A stretch of DNA of 64,000 bases from Lama glama (Eukaryota). Both the position numbers and the translations under genes were made by a program. The notes beneath the pieces were generated by a model, which saw only the letters and a program-made list of their open reading frames with translations, was not told where the DNA came from and ran no database searches. Each line of letters begins with the position of its first letter. Position 1 is the stretch's first letter. The stretch spans positions 23,810,001 to 23,874,000 of the forward strand of contig CM052817.1 of assembly GCA_028534125.1 (NCBI GenBank), given 5' to 3'. Below are positions 51,438 through 64,000 of the stretch, piece by piece.

Positions 51438-53471
51438 CTAGAGCACAGATGAATAAAAAAATACCACTGGTTATGTTTGGCTTTTATGAAAAAAAAGTAA
51501 CATGAAGGTCAAGTTCTTAATTAAATTCCTTTTGAAAACTGAATAACGCTGTGAAATCTATTTACCCACCTGCTACCTATCACAGTTTTCTGTAGATGGC
51601 TTGTATTTTATCCAAATGAGTTAAATGGAATACACTGGATCAGACAGAAGAAATATTCCTCTGATTAACCACTCTGCGGCATGACTTTGTTGACGCCCTG
51701 ATGTGGCAAAGGTCTGTCTTCCACCTCCTCTTCCCTCTCAGACCACTCCTTGATTTACTCTGACCCACTGTTCAAAGCAAACATTGTCCAGAAGTTCTCT
51801 AACTGGCCCTCTTCTTGTCTTACTCCACAAATTTTCCTTCTATCATCTCATCTCATCCCCACATTTCATCTCCTCACTATAAATAAAATTAGGGTAATGT
51901 GCCACGTCCTGAAATTCTCCTTCAGTTCCCCATCCACAGCTCCAACTATTTCTTGGAACATGCATGCTGCTGGGACCTAAGTAATTCAGAATGCCCTATA
52001 CTGAAGTCATCTTCTTTATTCTTCTTTTTTACCCTCAACCTGCTGTAGCTCCTTCATGTTCCAATTTAAAAGCTTCTCCTTCTACCTCATCAACAAGCTC
52101 GAAATCCTGGAGTCTGATTTATTCTTCCCCTTTAATGTCAGCACTGCATCCATCCAGATATTTAATCTTATCAATTCAATCTGAAGATCCTCTCAACCCA
52201 CTGTTTTTAATTATTTCTTCTTCTAGCTAGACTCTCATTAATTAAAGCCTGTCTTCCTCCAATCACTTCTTTACCACGTCAGTCAGTTCTCTTCCTAAAA
52301 CACAAATCTGTATGACTCCTCAGTGGCTACGTTACTGATTTCCAGTTCTATAACACACTATTTAAAGTGAGTAAGAATCCAGCTGCAGCCATTTTTTTTT
52401 AACCACATCTCCTTGTGGACATTTCTCCTACACACCTACTTGTATCAGTTAACAGTCCATCAAGAATGTTTAATTTTTGGATATGATTATATGGGCATAC
52501 ACTAATATTATGTAAGTTTTTTAAGCAACTTAATATATAGAATGTACTTATTTTAACATTCCACAGGAAGCCACCTTAAACTGATTATTCATTTAGAATA
52601 AAAGCACTATTAAGATTAAAACAAAAACAAATCAATAACCAGTTATGCTCACACAAAAAAATCAAATTAGATTTACTAGAAAACAATAGTTATTTCAATT
52701 AGTATTATGTAATAATGGTAATGTGTTTCATGTAATTTTATGTAAGTAATGTAGCTTCACAAATATCTTCCCTTCCTCATATAAAATTTTTTATTAAACT
52801 TCTATAAAGCTGATTTTTGCACATTTTAGTGTTTATACTTTTTCATTATTACATAACAAAATGTGATAAGAAACTGTCACATCAAAGATCTTAGATGGTC
52901 AATCTCTGAAAGTCCTCACAGAAATTTTATTAACTACTTTGTGAGCCAAATATATTAAATAATTCTTACTCTTTTATTAAAACTCTTTTGAGACCATAAA
53001 AATGCCAAAGTAGATCTTTTAGGAATTTGGTTTTTCAACATGCTATTAAATATGCTTAAGAGTGAACAAACGACTGAATGTTTTCCTTTGTCATTACTTT
53101 AACTGTGATACATTTAGAGAAAGCATTAATTTTTTCATTAATCCATTTTTTAAAATAATTTTAAAATAATGAGTAAATCTTAAGAATCATGGGACTACAT
53201 GCTCAGGAATAGAATGATATAAATATACTTAAAATTAGATGCCAACATGGCTGCCTTTCATATTACTTAGTATAATATTTCAATTTTCCTACTTTTCAGT
53301 GATTTCCCTAAGGAACTTTCAGAAGCTGCAAAATGAGTAGGCTTCCAGAAACCATTCAGCTCTTCTACAAGAAGCAACTGAAGAACTGAAATGGTAATAA
53401 AATCCTTATTACCTTGTATGATAAATATCAGAAAATACTTTCAACTCCTACACATTTAATGACAGACCTAC

Positions 53472-53616
53472 CCAGTATTCAAACAGAAGTCTTCTTTGTG
53501 TACAGCCAGGCAGATAACTTCATTGATATTAATGGTGCCATTGGGTGTGGTAGATTTATCATTTTCATAGTAACTCAAGAAGCCTCCTTCTAAAACACAC
53601 CACTTTTTATTTGTCT
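53472..53616 (-). CDS. ARAP2: ARAP2 coding exon, 145 nt, phase 1->2 (PH3)
   Basis: ttcctag|AGACA...ACTGG|gtaggt; encodes ETNKKWCVLEGGFLSYYENDKSTTPNGTININEVICLAVHKEDFCLNT. Confidence 0.96.
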
Positions 53617-54065
53617 CTAGGAATTTAAAACAAAAAAATAATAAATTGAGCTATGCCATAAATTTAATTTTTTTAAAAATGTGCTTTTAAATAATGACTA
53701 GATTCAAATAAGTAAATGTATTTATTTCCTATTTTGTGTAAAGAGCATGCTACTGCTGCATGGGATAAAAAGTTTTCATGCTCTCTGTTCTCAAAAAATT
53801 TACAATCTAGTAGCCTGGGCGTATAAGACAAAAATAACTGTGACATTGATGACCAGAGAAAAGGCAGATCCATAAAGAGACGACTGCAAAACAACTGAAA
53901 CAGCAAAGACTGATGTCTGTGCAGAGTACCAGGAGGAAGAAATGTAGGGTAAAAAGTAAGATTTTTGGCTAATGTTAGGTAAGTGCCCAAAGGAAGACGG
54001 GGTTCAACCCCACAGTGCCCTTAATGCCCTTGTTGAGGGGATTTAAAATTCATCTTGTGGGAATG

Positions 54066-54256
54066 CAGGCTAAATCCCGATCAACACCTGTTTCTGTAAA
54101 TAAAGTTTTATTGAAACACAGCCTTATTTGCCTATTTACGGACTGTCTGGGGCTGCTTTCCTACTACAAGGGAAGAGATGACTTGTGGCAGAGACCATCT
54201 GGCCCATAAAGCTTGAAATATTTACTATCTGGCCCTTTTCGGAAAAGTTTGCTGAG
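54066..54256 (+). mobile_element. MER58A hAT-Charlie DNA transposon, inserted in a minus-strand L2 remnant
   Basis: cctgtttctgtaaataaagttttattgaaacacagcc...ggctgctttc...cagagaccatctggcccataaagcttgaaatatttactatctggccctttt...aaagtttgctga matches the recalled MER58A consensus. Confidence 0.88.
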
Positions 54257-56334
54257 TTTTGATTTTGTAGCAGACGGTGAGGCACTGAAATGGTTTCAGC
54301 AGACAAATATAACTGATTTAAATTTTACACACTCCAATTACTGTGAAAAATTGTATTTGAGAAGGTTAGGCCAGAGGCAGGAAACCTGTTCGGACACTAT
54401 CAAAAGACCTGTAAAGGAAAGATAAAACCACCAAAAGCAGGAGAGTTCTAAGGATAACGGGTGGGGGAGGAGGGGGCCTAACGACAGGAAGGGATGGGAG
54501 ACAACAGAGACAGAGACAGGAGCGGGGCGGGGAAGGAGAGAGGGAAATACACACAGGCATGCGTGTGTTTTAAAGGAATAAGATATGTACTGATGGGATG
54601 CAGGGAGAAAGGGAGAACTTATTAATGGTTGTATATCGTTCTGAGCTTTGATTACGAAGTGGGCAGTAATGCCTACTTTTATCTAAAAGAAAATAAAGTA
54701 GAAGCAGTTTTAGTGCACGTATTCTGCGTTTTCTTTGAGATACACCAAATGAGAGCTATCTCCTAGAAATCCAAGTAGGAACATCTATTAGGTAGATCAC
54801 CCTATGGGTTTGCATCTTAGGGGCAAGGAAAGGTCTCAATAACCAGACAGCCTTTAGGGTACAGGGAGTAGCTGAAAACACACAGTAACCAAGGCTAACA
54901 TCTTAGGGAACTTAAAACTGTAAGGAACAAAGGATCTAGAAGGGTCCACAAAAGAACTGAAGCAAGTAAGAGAGTGTACAGAACAGAAAAGGAGTCGGGC
55001 ATCTCAGAAAAGAATCATTACCAATATTAAATGCAGAAAAAGATCTAATAAAATAAGGGTGGAAAATACGAGTTGGTCTTCATAACAAGGAGGTAGCTGC
55101 CTGCTTTACTGAGAGTCCTGTCCCTCTCAGAATCATCGTCGTCAGCTGGTCCCTTTCAGGGGTTAGACCCCCTTCTTGGAGAGAAGCTGCCCTCAAACTG
55201 GAGTGGTAAAAAAAAACCTTCACAGAAAAACAGAGCTTTTGAAATAGTCATTTATGACTGAAAAGGCACGTTTCTAAAGTAGCCAAAAAATGCCTTCTGA
55301 GCTACAATCATTCCACAATTCTGAGAAAGAACTGTGTGAGGAAAGTCATAGAAAGAGGAAATGCCAAACACCCATCTGGCCAAAGAAAGAGACGACACAT
55401 GAAGTCAGGACACGGGAAAGGAGACTGCAGGCTCACGGCGGAGGCCAGGCCCCAGGAGTCCCACATGACAGGTTTTCAGGAATTTGTGCCTTTCTCAGCA
55501 GACAGGTGGGAGCCACTGGAAGGTCGGAAACAACAAGTGTCAAATGCATGATGTATAAAAAAATATAACTGCAGAATCTAATTATGTAAATTCTAATGGG
55601 AAACAAATGACAGTTCTCTTTAAAAAGGTGAGTATGAACTCATTGTAAGTTAGAAAGATGGGCTTGAGATTTAATCCGGTAGCATCCTCACTCTAACCCT
55701 TCACCAGCTTCATCTTTGTAAGTGAAAACAGGCCAGAGGGCAGACAAGGCAGGCTCAGACATTACCTCTGAGGATGCATAATCACAAAGCTGCGATGGGA
55801 AAGCTTGACATTTCTATTCATTTGGGAAGCAATTTAAGAAAACCATGTGGGATGGCATGGTCTGCTGAGGCAAAATCAGACAGGACATCCTTTCAACTAC
55901 AGAAATCTGACTGTTAATCAGTTACCAGAAGATGTCCACAAGAACAAAACTGGGGCCACAGAATAGACAACTCTCAGGACACAAGCTGTTTAACAGATAA
56001 GAGGTTGTGTGTATGGTGGTTGTCTGGAGGAGCTGTTCATTCTTTCTGTTTAATCTTGACATTTAGGTCAGGGAAGAAAAATATTCCTGGAATCTACTCA
56101 AGCCCAGGTACAGAACTCCAGGCGTGACCCACTGAAAGACTGTTATGAAGTGATACGGGTACCATATGTAGTTGGGTACCAGGGTTGTCAGCTACCACCT
56201 GTAGGATGTACCTGCAGTCAAAGGCTAACCGGAAACTGGAAGCAGCTGTATAGATAGATGGAGAGCCCCTCTGCTGTTCTTCCTCCTCTCCTCCACCTCC
56301 TCTTCTTCCTCCACTTACCACCCTCCATGTGCGC

Positions 56335-56555
56335 CATGTAGTCTTCCACACATTTCATGCACATTAACTCACTGAATCCTCAGAACAACCCTATTAGGTC
56401 AGTTCAATTACTAAATACCCCTTTCCTTATACTCTGCCCACAGGCACAAACTGGTTGATTGACTCTCCCAAGATTGCACACATACTTAGCACCAGAGCAA
56501 GGGGTAAAACCCCAGGCACTCAGTGAGGGAAGCTACCCTCTCATCTACTCCACAA
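56335..56555 (-). mobile_element. MIR SINE (degraded)
   Basis: cattaactcactgaatcctcagaacaaccctattagg...cccaagattgcacacat. Confidence 0.65.
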
Positions 56556-57632
56556 ACTGCCTCTCTGCACCTGGTATAGGCTTGAAGCATCTATGTTCAT
56601 TTTTCAAATGTATCAGGGGACAGCAGAGGGCCTACCTTCTGATACATTTGTGCACAATAAATGTGAGGGAATGGAGGTGAAACTGTTATTTTTTGGAAAC
56701 CATGAAGCTGATTCCTGATGAATTTCCTGAGCTGAGGGTGTTGAGCATCCACAAAAAACAGGCACACATGCTGGGAATCCTTTTCACTTAAAATAAATGT
56801 GTTTTAGCCCGGGAGAAATATTTTTAAACTATACAAGCCAGGCATTGATAGAACAAAAAGATCTTCAAAATTCCTCAGCGCTCATCTATAAAATTAAATA
56901 AACAGCTAATACAGAGTTTCTAGTAAACCATATCAACCACTTTCTTTTGAAAAATCAAACACTGTGTCAAGAAATCAAGGTAAGATACCAAGAGGAAAAA
57001 AATTCCATTTGAGGGGAAAAACAGAAACCAAAATTGGGATGCTAGTATTCAGCTCTCCACGGAGGTTTAACAAGAGCTACCAATCTCTCCTTTCATGAAC
57101 ACTAAATTGAGAAGAAAAGGAAAAATACAGATCAGTCTTCATAACCGGAGGCTAGAAGAACTTCAAATCCTGAAAACCTGAACTGACAATTTGAAGCCTC
57201 TGTAACTCTCTGAAGGACTTGCATGCAGTTTATTCGCTGACTTTTTCCTTTGTTTTTAATCATTCTGCTCTGTGGCTGTCCTGACAAGCGCTAATGGAGT
57301 GATGCAATCCAGATGCTTGCTGTTCAGAGGCAAAGGTGACGACCACACTTTCATCTCTAAATCTTTCCAAATAATTCAATTTTTCCTGTGCTCAACAGGA
57401 GTGCCACCACTGTAGAATCTTGACAGAGAAAAGGAAAAAAAAAAAAAAACAGAAAACCCCCCCAGAACTTTGTTTCTTAGTAGTTCAACTTTCTCTTCTT
57501 CATTTTAAAGGAAGCTCTTTCTGAACAAAATGTGTTTGGTGTCACCAATTATATATTTTTATACGCAGGTCCAAAACAAAATATTAACAAGCCGGCTGTG
57601 CTTTTACACTGGTGGTAATGTGATTAGAGAAA

Positions 57633-58350
57633 TGTCCATTTATTCAACAAATATTTATCACATGACTACCATGTGTGGCCGCTGTTTGAGGCACAAAAGA
57701 TTTGATAATCCTAAATAAACCAGAAAATGCTGATGCCTCATTGAGCTTTCCCACCAGAGGGAGAGAGAAATCAATCAATGAAGGAGGAATCATCTTTATG
57801 GGGTAAGTGCTATGATGGAAATAAACAGGATACTATGAAAGAGGAGCTCTGGCAGTGGGTGCGTGCTTCAGTGGGTCTCTGAAGAGGCCTCTCGGTCTAG
57901 CTGGCAATGAACTGATCCCTGGGAGATGAGGTGCAGTCTGACTCGGGGAAGGGCCCTCCTGGCAGAGGAAATGGCAGTTGCAAAGGTCCCGAAGAGGCAG
58001 AAAAGAACGTGGCCTATTGCAGGGCCAGACAGGAAGCAGCACAGCCAGGCATGTGGCACAGGAAGGAAGGACATGAGATCGAAGGGGGAAGGTACAGGAA
58101 GGCCTTTTAGGTCATAATAAGAAACGGGTTCAATTCTGTAATGGGAAGCTACTGTACTTGCGGGATGGAAATAAATGATCTGATTTACATTTTCAACAAT
58201 CATTAAGTCTGCAGTTGGGAGAACGGTATGAAGAGAAGCTATGGAAAACAAAGGCCAATAAGAGAGGTATTATGGCCCAGGCAGGACAGGACGGCGGCGG
58301 GGCTGGGAAGACATTAGTGAAGATGGAGAGTAACGAACGGATTCGTGGTC
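57633..58350 (-). mobile_element. LINE-2 3' portion
   Basis: tccatttattcaacaaatatttatcacatgactaccatgtg (reverse L2 3' end), continuing into purine-rich L2 body (gcaaaggtcccgaag, gatctgatttacatttt). Confidence 0.8.
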
Positions 58351-59036
58351 TATTTTGAGTTTGAAATGATAGCCCTTGCTGACACCTTTGATGGTCTTCA
58401 TTTCTGCCATCCAATAATACCTTGCCAGGAGATAATTTTCCAATTAAATCATTTCTGTGCACTGCACAGCCAAAGTACAAAAGTTCAATTTCATCTTACT
58501 TAAAACACAACGTTCCAAAATGAGAAAACATCCCTGGTTAAATTAGATATACAGAGAATGCACTAGTTTCTGTTTTTTGAAATAAATTTTAACAACAATG
58601 AAAACAATCCATTGTCAATTTATAGAAGATAAAAAGCAAAGAATGATTTTAGTTACAAGTTTAAAACATTAATTCAGTCCTCAGGTGATTAAGAAAAACA
58701 GTCTATTTAAGGAAATATTAAAGCAAACTGGTTAAGTCTATAAATATAAACAGAATTGCCAAAAAAGTAAATAAAAGCTTATTTTAGCCTGCAGAGTACT
58801 TATGATACATTGAGAAGCTTGTAGAAGAAAAGCTTGTATTTCAAATTTCTTATTTCATCTTTGTATAAGTGGTTTGAAGGGTGGGTCTAAGCTACTCCAC
58901 AATTGTTTGTCTAGAAAACTTGTACATTCCAGAAAACTTACTAACAAGTACATTACTTTCCTTATTATCCAATTATTTTAATAAATGCTACAGTCAATTC
59001 ACAGATTATTCTATTATTCCCCCCCACTTTTTTTAA

Positions 59037-59103
59037 GTGGAGGTACTGGAGACTGAACCCAGGACCTCGTACACACTCTACCACTGAGCTGTATCTCTCC
59101 CCC
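59037..59103 (-). mobile_element. Camelid tRNA-derived SINE (Vic-1 type), internally deleted copy
   Basis: Reverse complement gggggagagatacagctcagtggtagagtgtgtacgaggtcctgggttcagtctccagtacctcca plus an A-tail; lacks the cttagcatgc segment seen in the 30480 copy. Confidence 0.8.
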
Positions 59104-60526
59104 GTATTTTTTTCCTCTTGAACCCTCAAATTTTGACTGCTTAAGGGTTAAATACTGTTAAGGCACAATGGAAGATAAGAAAATCTCTGTAAAATTCATC
59201 ACTTAATATTGGTTAGACTGAGTAAAGGAAGACATTAAAAACTATTTGCTGAAAGAACCAAAAACATCTAACCTCAAAGAATAAAAGTGCTCTGCCATCT
59301 AGTGTCACTAGACCAGGACATCACACTATGACTAAAGCCAAAGTTTTGCAATAATCATTATCACACAAATCAGATGTAAAACTCTGCTTCATGCCACCTT
59401 CCTCCTAGATGTTCACATGAAGTAAGCAGAATACTAACTACCTCACAGAGCTTTTATGAGGATTACAATTAATAAATATAAAATACCTAAAGCAATGCCT
59501 TACACATAGTACATGCTCATTACAGGACAGCTACAGGTTATATGAAAATCTAATAAAGTATAGTTAATCCCAGTATAATTCTGCTTAGGGATGTAATTTT
59601 GGGGGAAATAAAGTCTTCAACTGAAATAATCACTTCAAATGCACAAGGACCAGGATTAAGACTCTAAAGTGAGATTTTCATCCTTTAATCGAGTAAGGTA
59701 GCTGGACTATACCACCTAGGGAATTAACACCAGGCCCCTGAGCCTCTGAACACCCACCACCAAATGGTCATCAACAGCTCAATCTCTCTTAAACTCTTTG
59801 TTCTGGGAAGACAGATCTCATTATTCTCTGCCTGTATTTCTACAATTAGTTCAAATGTATGTGGCACAAGCATGAGGCCTGTGTCTTACTCATTTTTGCA
59901 TTCCTAATGCCTGGCACATGTCTGACACAAGGAGCTAGACAGACAGAGGGATAAATGCCTACGAGGACTGTGCTCAGATTACTGCCGTAAACCTAGAACA
60001 GGTCATTAAATCAAATTAATCCCCGTCATTTTTTGACACCATATGTCAGGTTTATTTTCCTTACACAGAAACACACCCCTATCATCAAAACAAACTGAAC
60101 TACTCAATACCACTTAGTACTCTGACAGAATAGGTACTGAAAACTTGCCAGTTCTTCCTACATGTTGACCTTTTTCTGTACTGTCTCCCCAGTTAAAGTG
60201 TCTGTCCCCAAAGGAAAGCAGCTGGGTTTCACATTTCTTTGGAATAACCCTTAAATCCTGAAAGAGAATTGGTTGGCCCTAAGGTAGACGTCAGTGAATT
60301 CTGCTGAGAACTCACTGAGCATTCCAGCCAGGTGGTAAATCTTTGCTGCAGTCCACGAAATCCTATCTATGCCTGGGAGTATTTATAATCCTCAAAAAAA
60401 CTTTCTCTACTGCAAGATCAAATCTAACAGCTTAAGGGAAAAAAAATCAACATTTAACCCTAATTGTTTCGATAATGAAATAAAGTTTCATCAGATAACA
60501 AAATCTCAAAGGAGCAGAAAGGATAC

Positions 60527-60661
60527 CTTCAAGCAGTTTTTTCTCTGAAGAGAGTTTAGAAGCAGCAGCAGGGGCCTGATATAAAAAGTCACAGAGGAAC
60601 GTGGACTGGGAGGATTCCTGATTTAATCCTCCTTCGGAATGAATGTCATGTTGAGGGAAAT
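60527..60661 (-). CDS. ARAP2: ARAP2 coding exon, 135 nt, phase 1->1
   Basis: tttttctag|ATTTC...GAAG|gtatcc; encodes DFPQHDIHSEGGLNQESSQSTFLCDFLYQAPAAASKLSSEKKLLE. Not in the supplied ORF track. Confidence 0.95.
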
Positions 60662-61116
60662 CTAGAAAAAGGACAAAAATAATACATCTGAAATCTAAAA
60701 TGTGAACAATTTCCCCTTTGCTTATGAATATGCAGGTGAGTTTTGAGGTTGAAGAAAAACTACTTCAAGTATACCACGCACTAAATATACAGAAGTATTT
60801 ATTTTACTTTGCATAAAACTTGCAAATAGGCACTTCAGTTGTGTTTACTGCTCCTATGTGAAAACTGGATTTAATTTCAGTGAAAGTGATTACATGGGAT
60901 TAACTATTTTCATCTTCCATTTATAAGATCAAAGACACATAAAAGATTTATTTCCTAAACTCTTCCTTGAAAGGAGATAAAACATAGGTCTTAAGCATCT
61001 TCCATCTTTTTGGAAATCATACTATTTTTTCACTCTGATGATTTTTGTGATTTATGCTTCAGTCCTTTTAGGGATGTATCAGGAAAGACCAGGAAGGCAA
61101 AGGAATAGGGACTCAC

Positions 61117-61291
61117 CTGAGAATTTGTTATGATAGAGAAATTCCATCTGCAGACTCTGCCCTGCCTTCTTGGCCAGCAGATAGGGAGTGCTGTACTCAG
61201 GGTCACCTGTTGCACACATGACATCTGCTCCACTGAACAGCAAAGCCATTGTTTCCAGAACATCTGGTTTGACCACAGCAGCACACAGAGC
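61117..61291 (-). CDS. ARAP2: ARAP2 coding exon, 175 nt, phase 0->1 (ankyrin region)
   Basis: ggccag|GCT...TCAG|gtgagt; encodes ALCAAVVKPDVLETMALLFSGADVMCATGDPEYSTPYLLAKKAGQSLQMEFLYHNKFS. Confidence 0.96.
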
Positions 61292-62686
61292 CTGGCCATC
61301 AACAGAAAATGCAACTTTCAAAGGAAGAAAACACGATCCTAGCTACTAAAATGAGTGAGAGTCTGCCAGTCCATTTATGAGATGTTTGTATTCCTTTTGA
61401 ACAAAGAAATCTAATACTAATTATGCTCTCAATTAAAGCAACAGACACAGAAGGCCTACTGTGTATGAATTTAAATTACAACCCAGGATCTCCAAGGCTC
61501 AATTTATTGTTTTGCTGCTGTGATGTTCCCAATCTTCAAATCCATCCTATTTGCCATGGAAGGGATTCTGGTGCTCGCATACTATGATAATGCCTGATGC
61601 TCGGAAAATTCAAAATATTTCCGGTGTAGTAACGAAATACCCACTCTATGTTTTGTTTTGCCATATGAATGGTATATGCATGTATGTCTGTATCTATTTT
61701 CCAGCACAATCAGCTTCAGAGGAATCTTTAAATTATTGCTGTGCTTTGGGGCTTGAAAAATGATTACAAATTCAGGATCTTTCCTTTTGGGAGAGGGTAT
61801 GGGTAGGGGAGAAACAGCAAGCGAGACACAATAAAACATGCTTGACACGTTATACAACAGAACTTTGTACACACAGTAAAACTCCTGGAACCTGATTTGT
61901 TTGTTTGTTTGTTTCTTTTGTCTTGAAATAATAAGATACCTTTTCATCTCTTCCCATTCCCTCCTCCTGCTTCCTCGCTTTATTGGCTTCCCACTTGCTT
62001 CTAAACTCTGATTTCATACCCTGATTCCATCTGAATTCTTAGCCTTGGGTTCACCTTTTACCTCCTTCCTGACATGGTGCACCTGGACTGATCACTAGCT
62101 AATTTGCTCTCTGTAATACAACCTCTGGACAATCACTCACTGATTATCCCAAAGGGCAGCTGAGAGCAGTGTACAACCAAGAGGTCCCAGGGCACAATCA
62201 CAGCTCTAGCCTGGAGGGGATACTATTTAAAAAAGTACTTATCTTTTCTACCATGGTCAAGATGACCTCTAGCATTTCCTTCACATTAGAATGAATAAGC
62301 CTGAATGCTTGTACCTGACTTTGTGCTAATTTGCTAGGTGATCTTGGGCCATCCCTTCTCTCTGGGGTCTTATTTTTTCCACATCTGCAAAATGAGGATG
62401 TTGGAAAATGTAACACCTAGCATCCATCCATTGTGATAGCCTTTGACTGCCCTCACAATCTAATCATATGTGTTTCCGGGTATTTCCTCTCTCATTACCC
62501 TATTCTTTTTCTTCACAGCATGCCGCACTTGCTATATTTATCGTCACTCAGCTGTTTATGGTCAGTCTCCCCTACACAAGATCACTCTAATGAATAAAAG
62601 AAGGACATCTACTTTTTACTACAAGTCTATCCTTAGCACCTAAAAATGAATTCAGCAGTTAGTAAGTATGCAATAAATGTCTATTC

Positions 62687-63708
62687 ACCAAGAACACTCA
62701 ATGGGGAAAGGATAGGCTCTTCAACAAATGATGCTGGGAAACTGAGTAAGTACACGCAGAAAATGAAACTGGTGCCCTCTTACACCAAACACAGAAATTA
62801 ACTGGAAATGTATTAAAGACTTAAACATAAGACCGGATTCCGTAAAACTTTAGAAGAAAACATAAGTGGTAAGCTCTCTGACATCAGTCTTGGCAGTGAT
62901 TTTTTGGATATGACACGAGAAGTACAAGCAACAAAAGCAAAAATCAGTAAGTGGAACTTCATCAAACTAAAAAGCTTCTGCAGAGCGAAACAATCAACAA
63001 AATGAAAAGGCAACCTACAGCATAAGGGAAAAATCCCTGCACACGGTACATTGGATAAGGGACTAACAACCAAAATATATACAGAACACATATAACTCAA
63101 TTAAAAACCAATAAACAATCCAATTAAAGAACAGGCAGAGAAACTAAATACAAATTTGTTTTCCAAAGAAGACATCCAAGTGGCCAACGGGTACATGGAA
63201 AGATGTTCAACATCACTAATCATCAGGAAAATGCAAATCAAAACCACAGTGAGATACTGCTTCTGCCTGTTAGAATGGCCGTCACAAGAAGACAAGATTT
63301 AACAAGTGCTGATGAGGACATGGAGAAAAGGGAACCCTTGTGCACTGTTAGTGGGAACATAAATTGATTCAGCCACTATCAAAAAACAGTGTAAAGAGTC
63401 CACAAAAACATAAAAATACAACTATCATATGATCCAGCAATCACACTTCTGGTATATGTACAAAGGAAATGAAAACAGGATATCGAAAAGGTATCTGTAT
63501 TCTCATGCTTATTACAGCATTATTCACCATAGCCAAGACATGGAAACAACCTAAGAGTCCATCAGTGACAGAACAGATAAAGATGTGGTGTATATGTATC
63601 TGTGTGTGTGTATCTATAGATATATAGGTCTATATATACACACACATACAATGGAGTATCACTCAGCCTTGAGAAAGAAAGGAATCCTACCATTTGCAAC
63701 AACATATG
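62687..63708 (+). mobile_element. LINE-1 ORF2 3' portion, degraded
   Basis: ccaagaacactcaatggggaaaggataggctcttcaacaaatgatgctgggaaac...catcaaactaaaaagcttctgcagagc...atatgatccagcaatcacacttctgg...catttgcaacaacat. Confidence 0.93.
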
Positions 63709-64000
63709 TATAATTTACATATAACAACACTGTGTAAGTTTAAGGTGTTCATCCTGCTGATTTGATATATTTACATATTATAATATGAATACCACTGTAG
63801 CTTTAGCTAACACCTCTATCACACTACATAAGTATCATTTCTTTTTTGTGGCAAGAACATTTCAGATCTAGCCTCTTAGCAATTTGGAGCATATAATACA
63901 GTATTGTTGACTATAATCACTCTATTGTGCATTAGATCCCCAGAACTTATTTATCTACTAGTTGTAAGTTTGTGTCCTTAAACAATATCTCCCCAATTCT
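63709..64000 (-). mobile_element. LINE-1 3' UTR terminus (L1MA9-like) in opposite orientation, truncated by the window edge
   Basis: tgtgtaagtttaaggtgt...aagaacatttcagatcta...cttagcaattt...tataatacagtattgttgactataatcac...cattagatccccagaacttattt matches a reverse L1MA-type 3' end. Confidence 0.8.

Larger units (their letters stand above)
1..64000 (-). other. ARAP2: Internal part of the ARAP2 gene (15 coding exons plus introns); both ends outside the window
   Basis: Fifteen GT-AG exons splice into one stop-free 659-codon frame matching the recalled ARAP2 protein from ALCAAVVKPDV to FLYKDPK, in the domain order ANK-PH3-PH4-RhoGAP-RA-PH5. Confidence 0.97.

Noticed and set aside
1..64000. CRISPR array, operon, retrogene, endogenous viral ORF or nested protein-coding gene
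   Set aside because: No regularly spaced repeats, no long intact non-L1 ORF, and no intronless gene copy with poly(A) and TSD seen on either strand.

Overview
Mammalian, AT-rich intragenic DNA. The whole window lies inside one minus-strand gene, ARAP2 (ArfGAP with RhoGAP domain, ankyrin repeat and PH domain 2). I traced 15 consecutive coding exons from 61291 down to 60. All have GT-AG boundaries and compatible phases, and they splice into one open frame of 1977 nt (659 codons). They cover the ankyrin region, PH3, PH4, RhoGAP, RA and the start of PH5; by recollection these are about exons 14-28 of the human model. Both ends of the gene lie outside the window. Two tRNA-derived Vic-1-type SINEs point to a camelid genome. 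The introns carry ordinary repeats (L1, L2, MIR, MER33, MER20, MER58A, an MLT1A-type LTR), including a young TSD-flanked L1 that spans a 499-N assembly gap. I found no prokaryote-type system, CRISPR array or credible independent ORF, and nothing I can call a demonstrated new biological system. The best leads are possible unannotated ARAP2 exons read from splice signals: two in-frame cassettes, an alternative last exon that would drop the RhoGAP half, and several NMD-type micro-exons. Pseudo-exons are common, so all need RNA or conservation evidence. Repeat family names and repeat boundaries come from recalled consensus sequences and are approximate.
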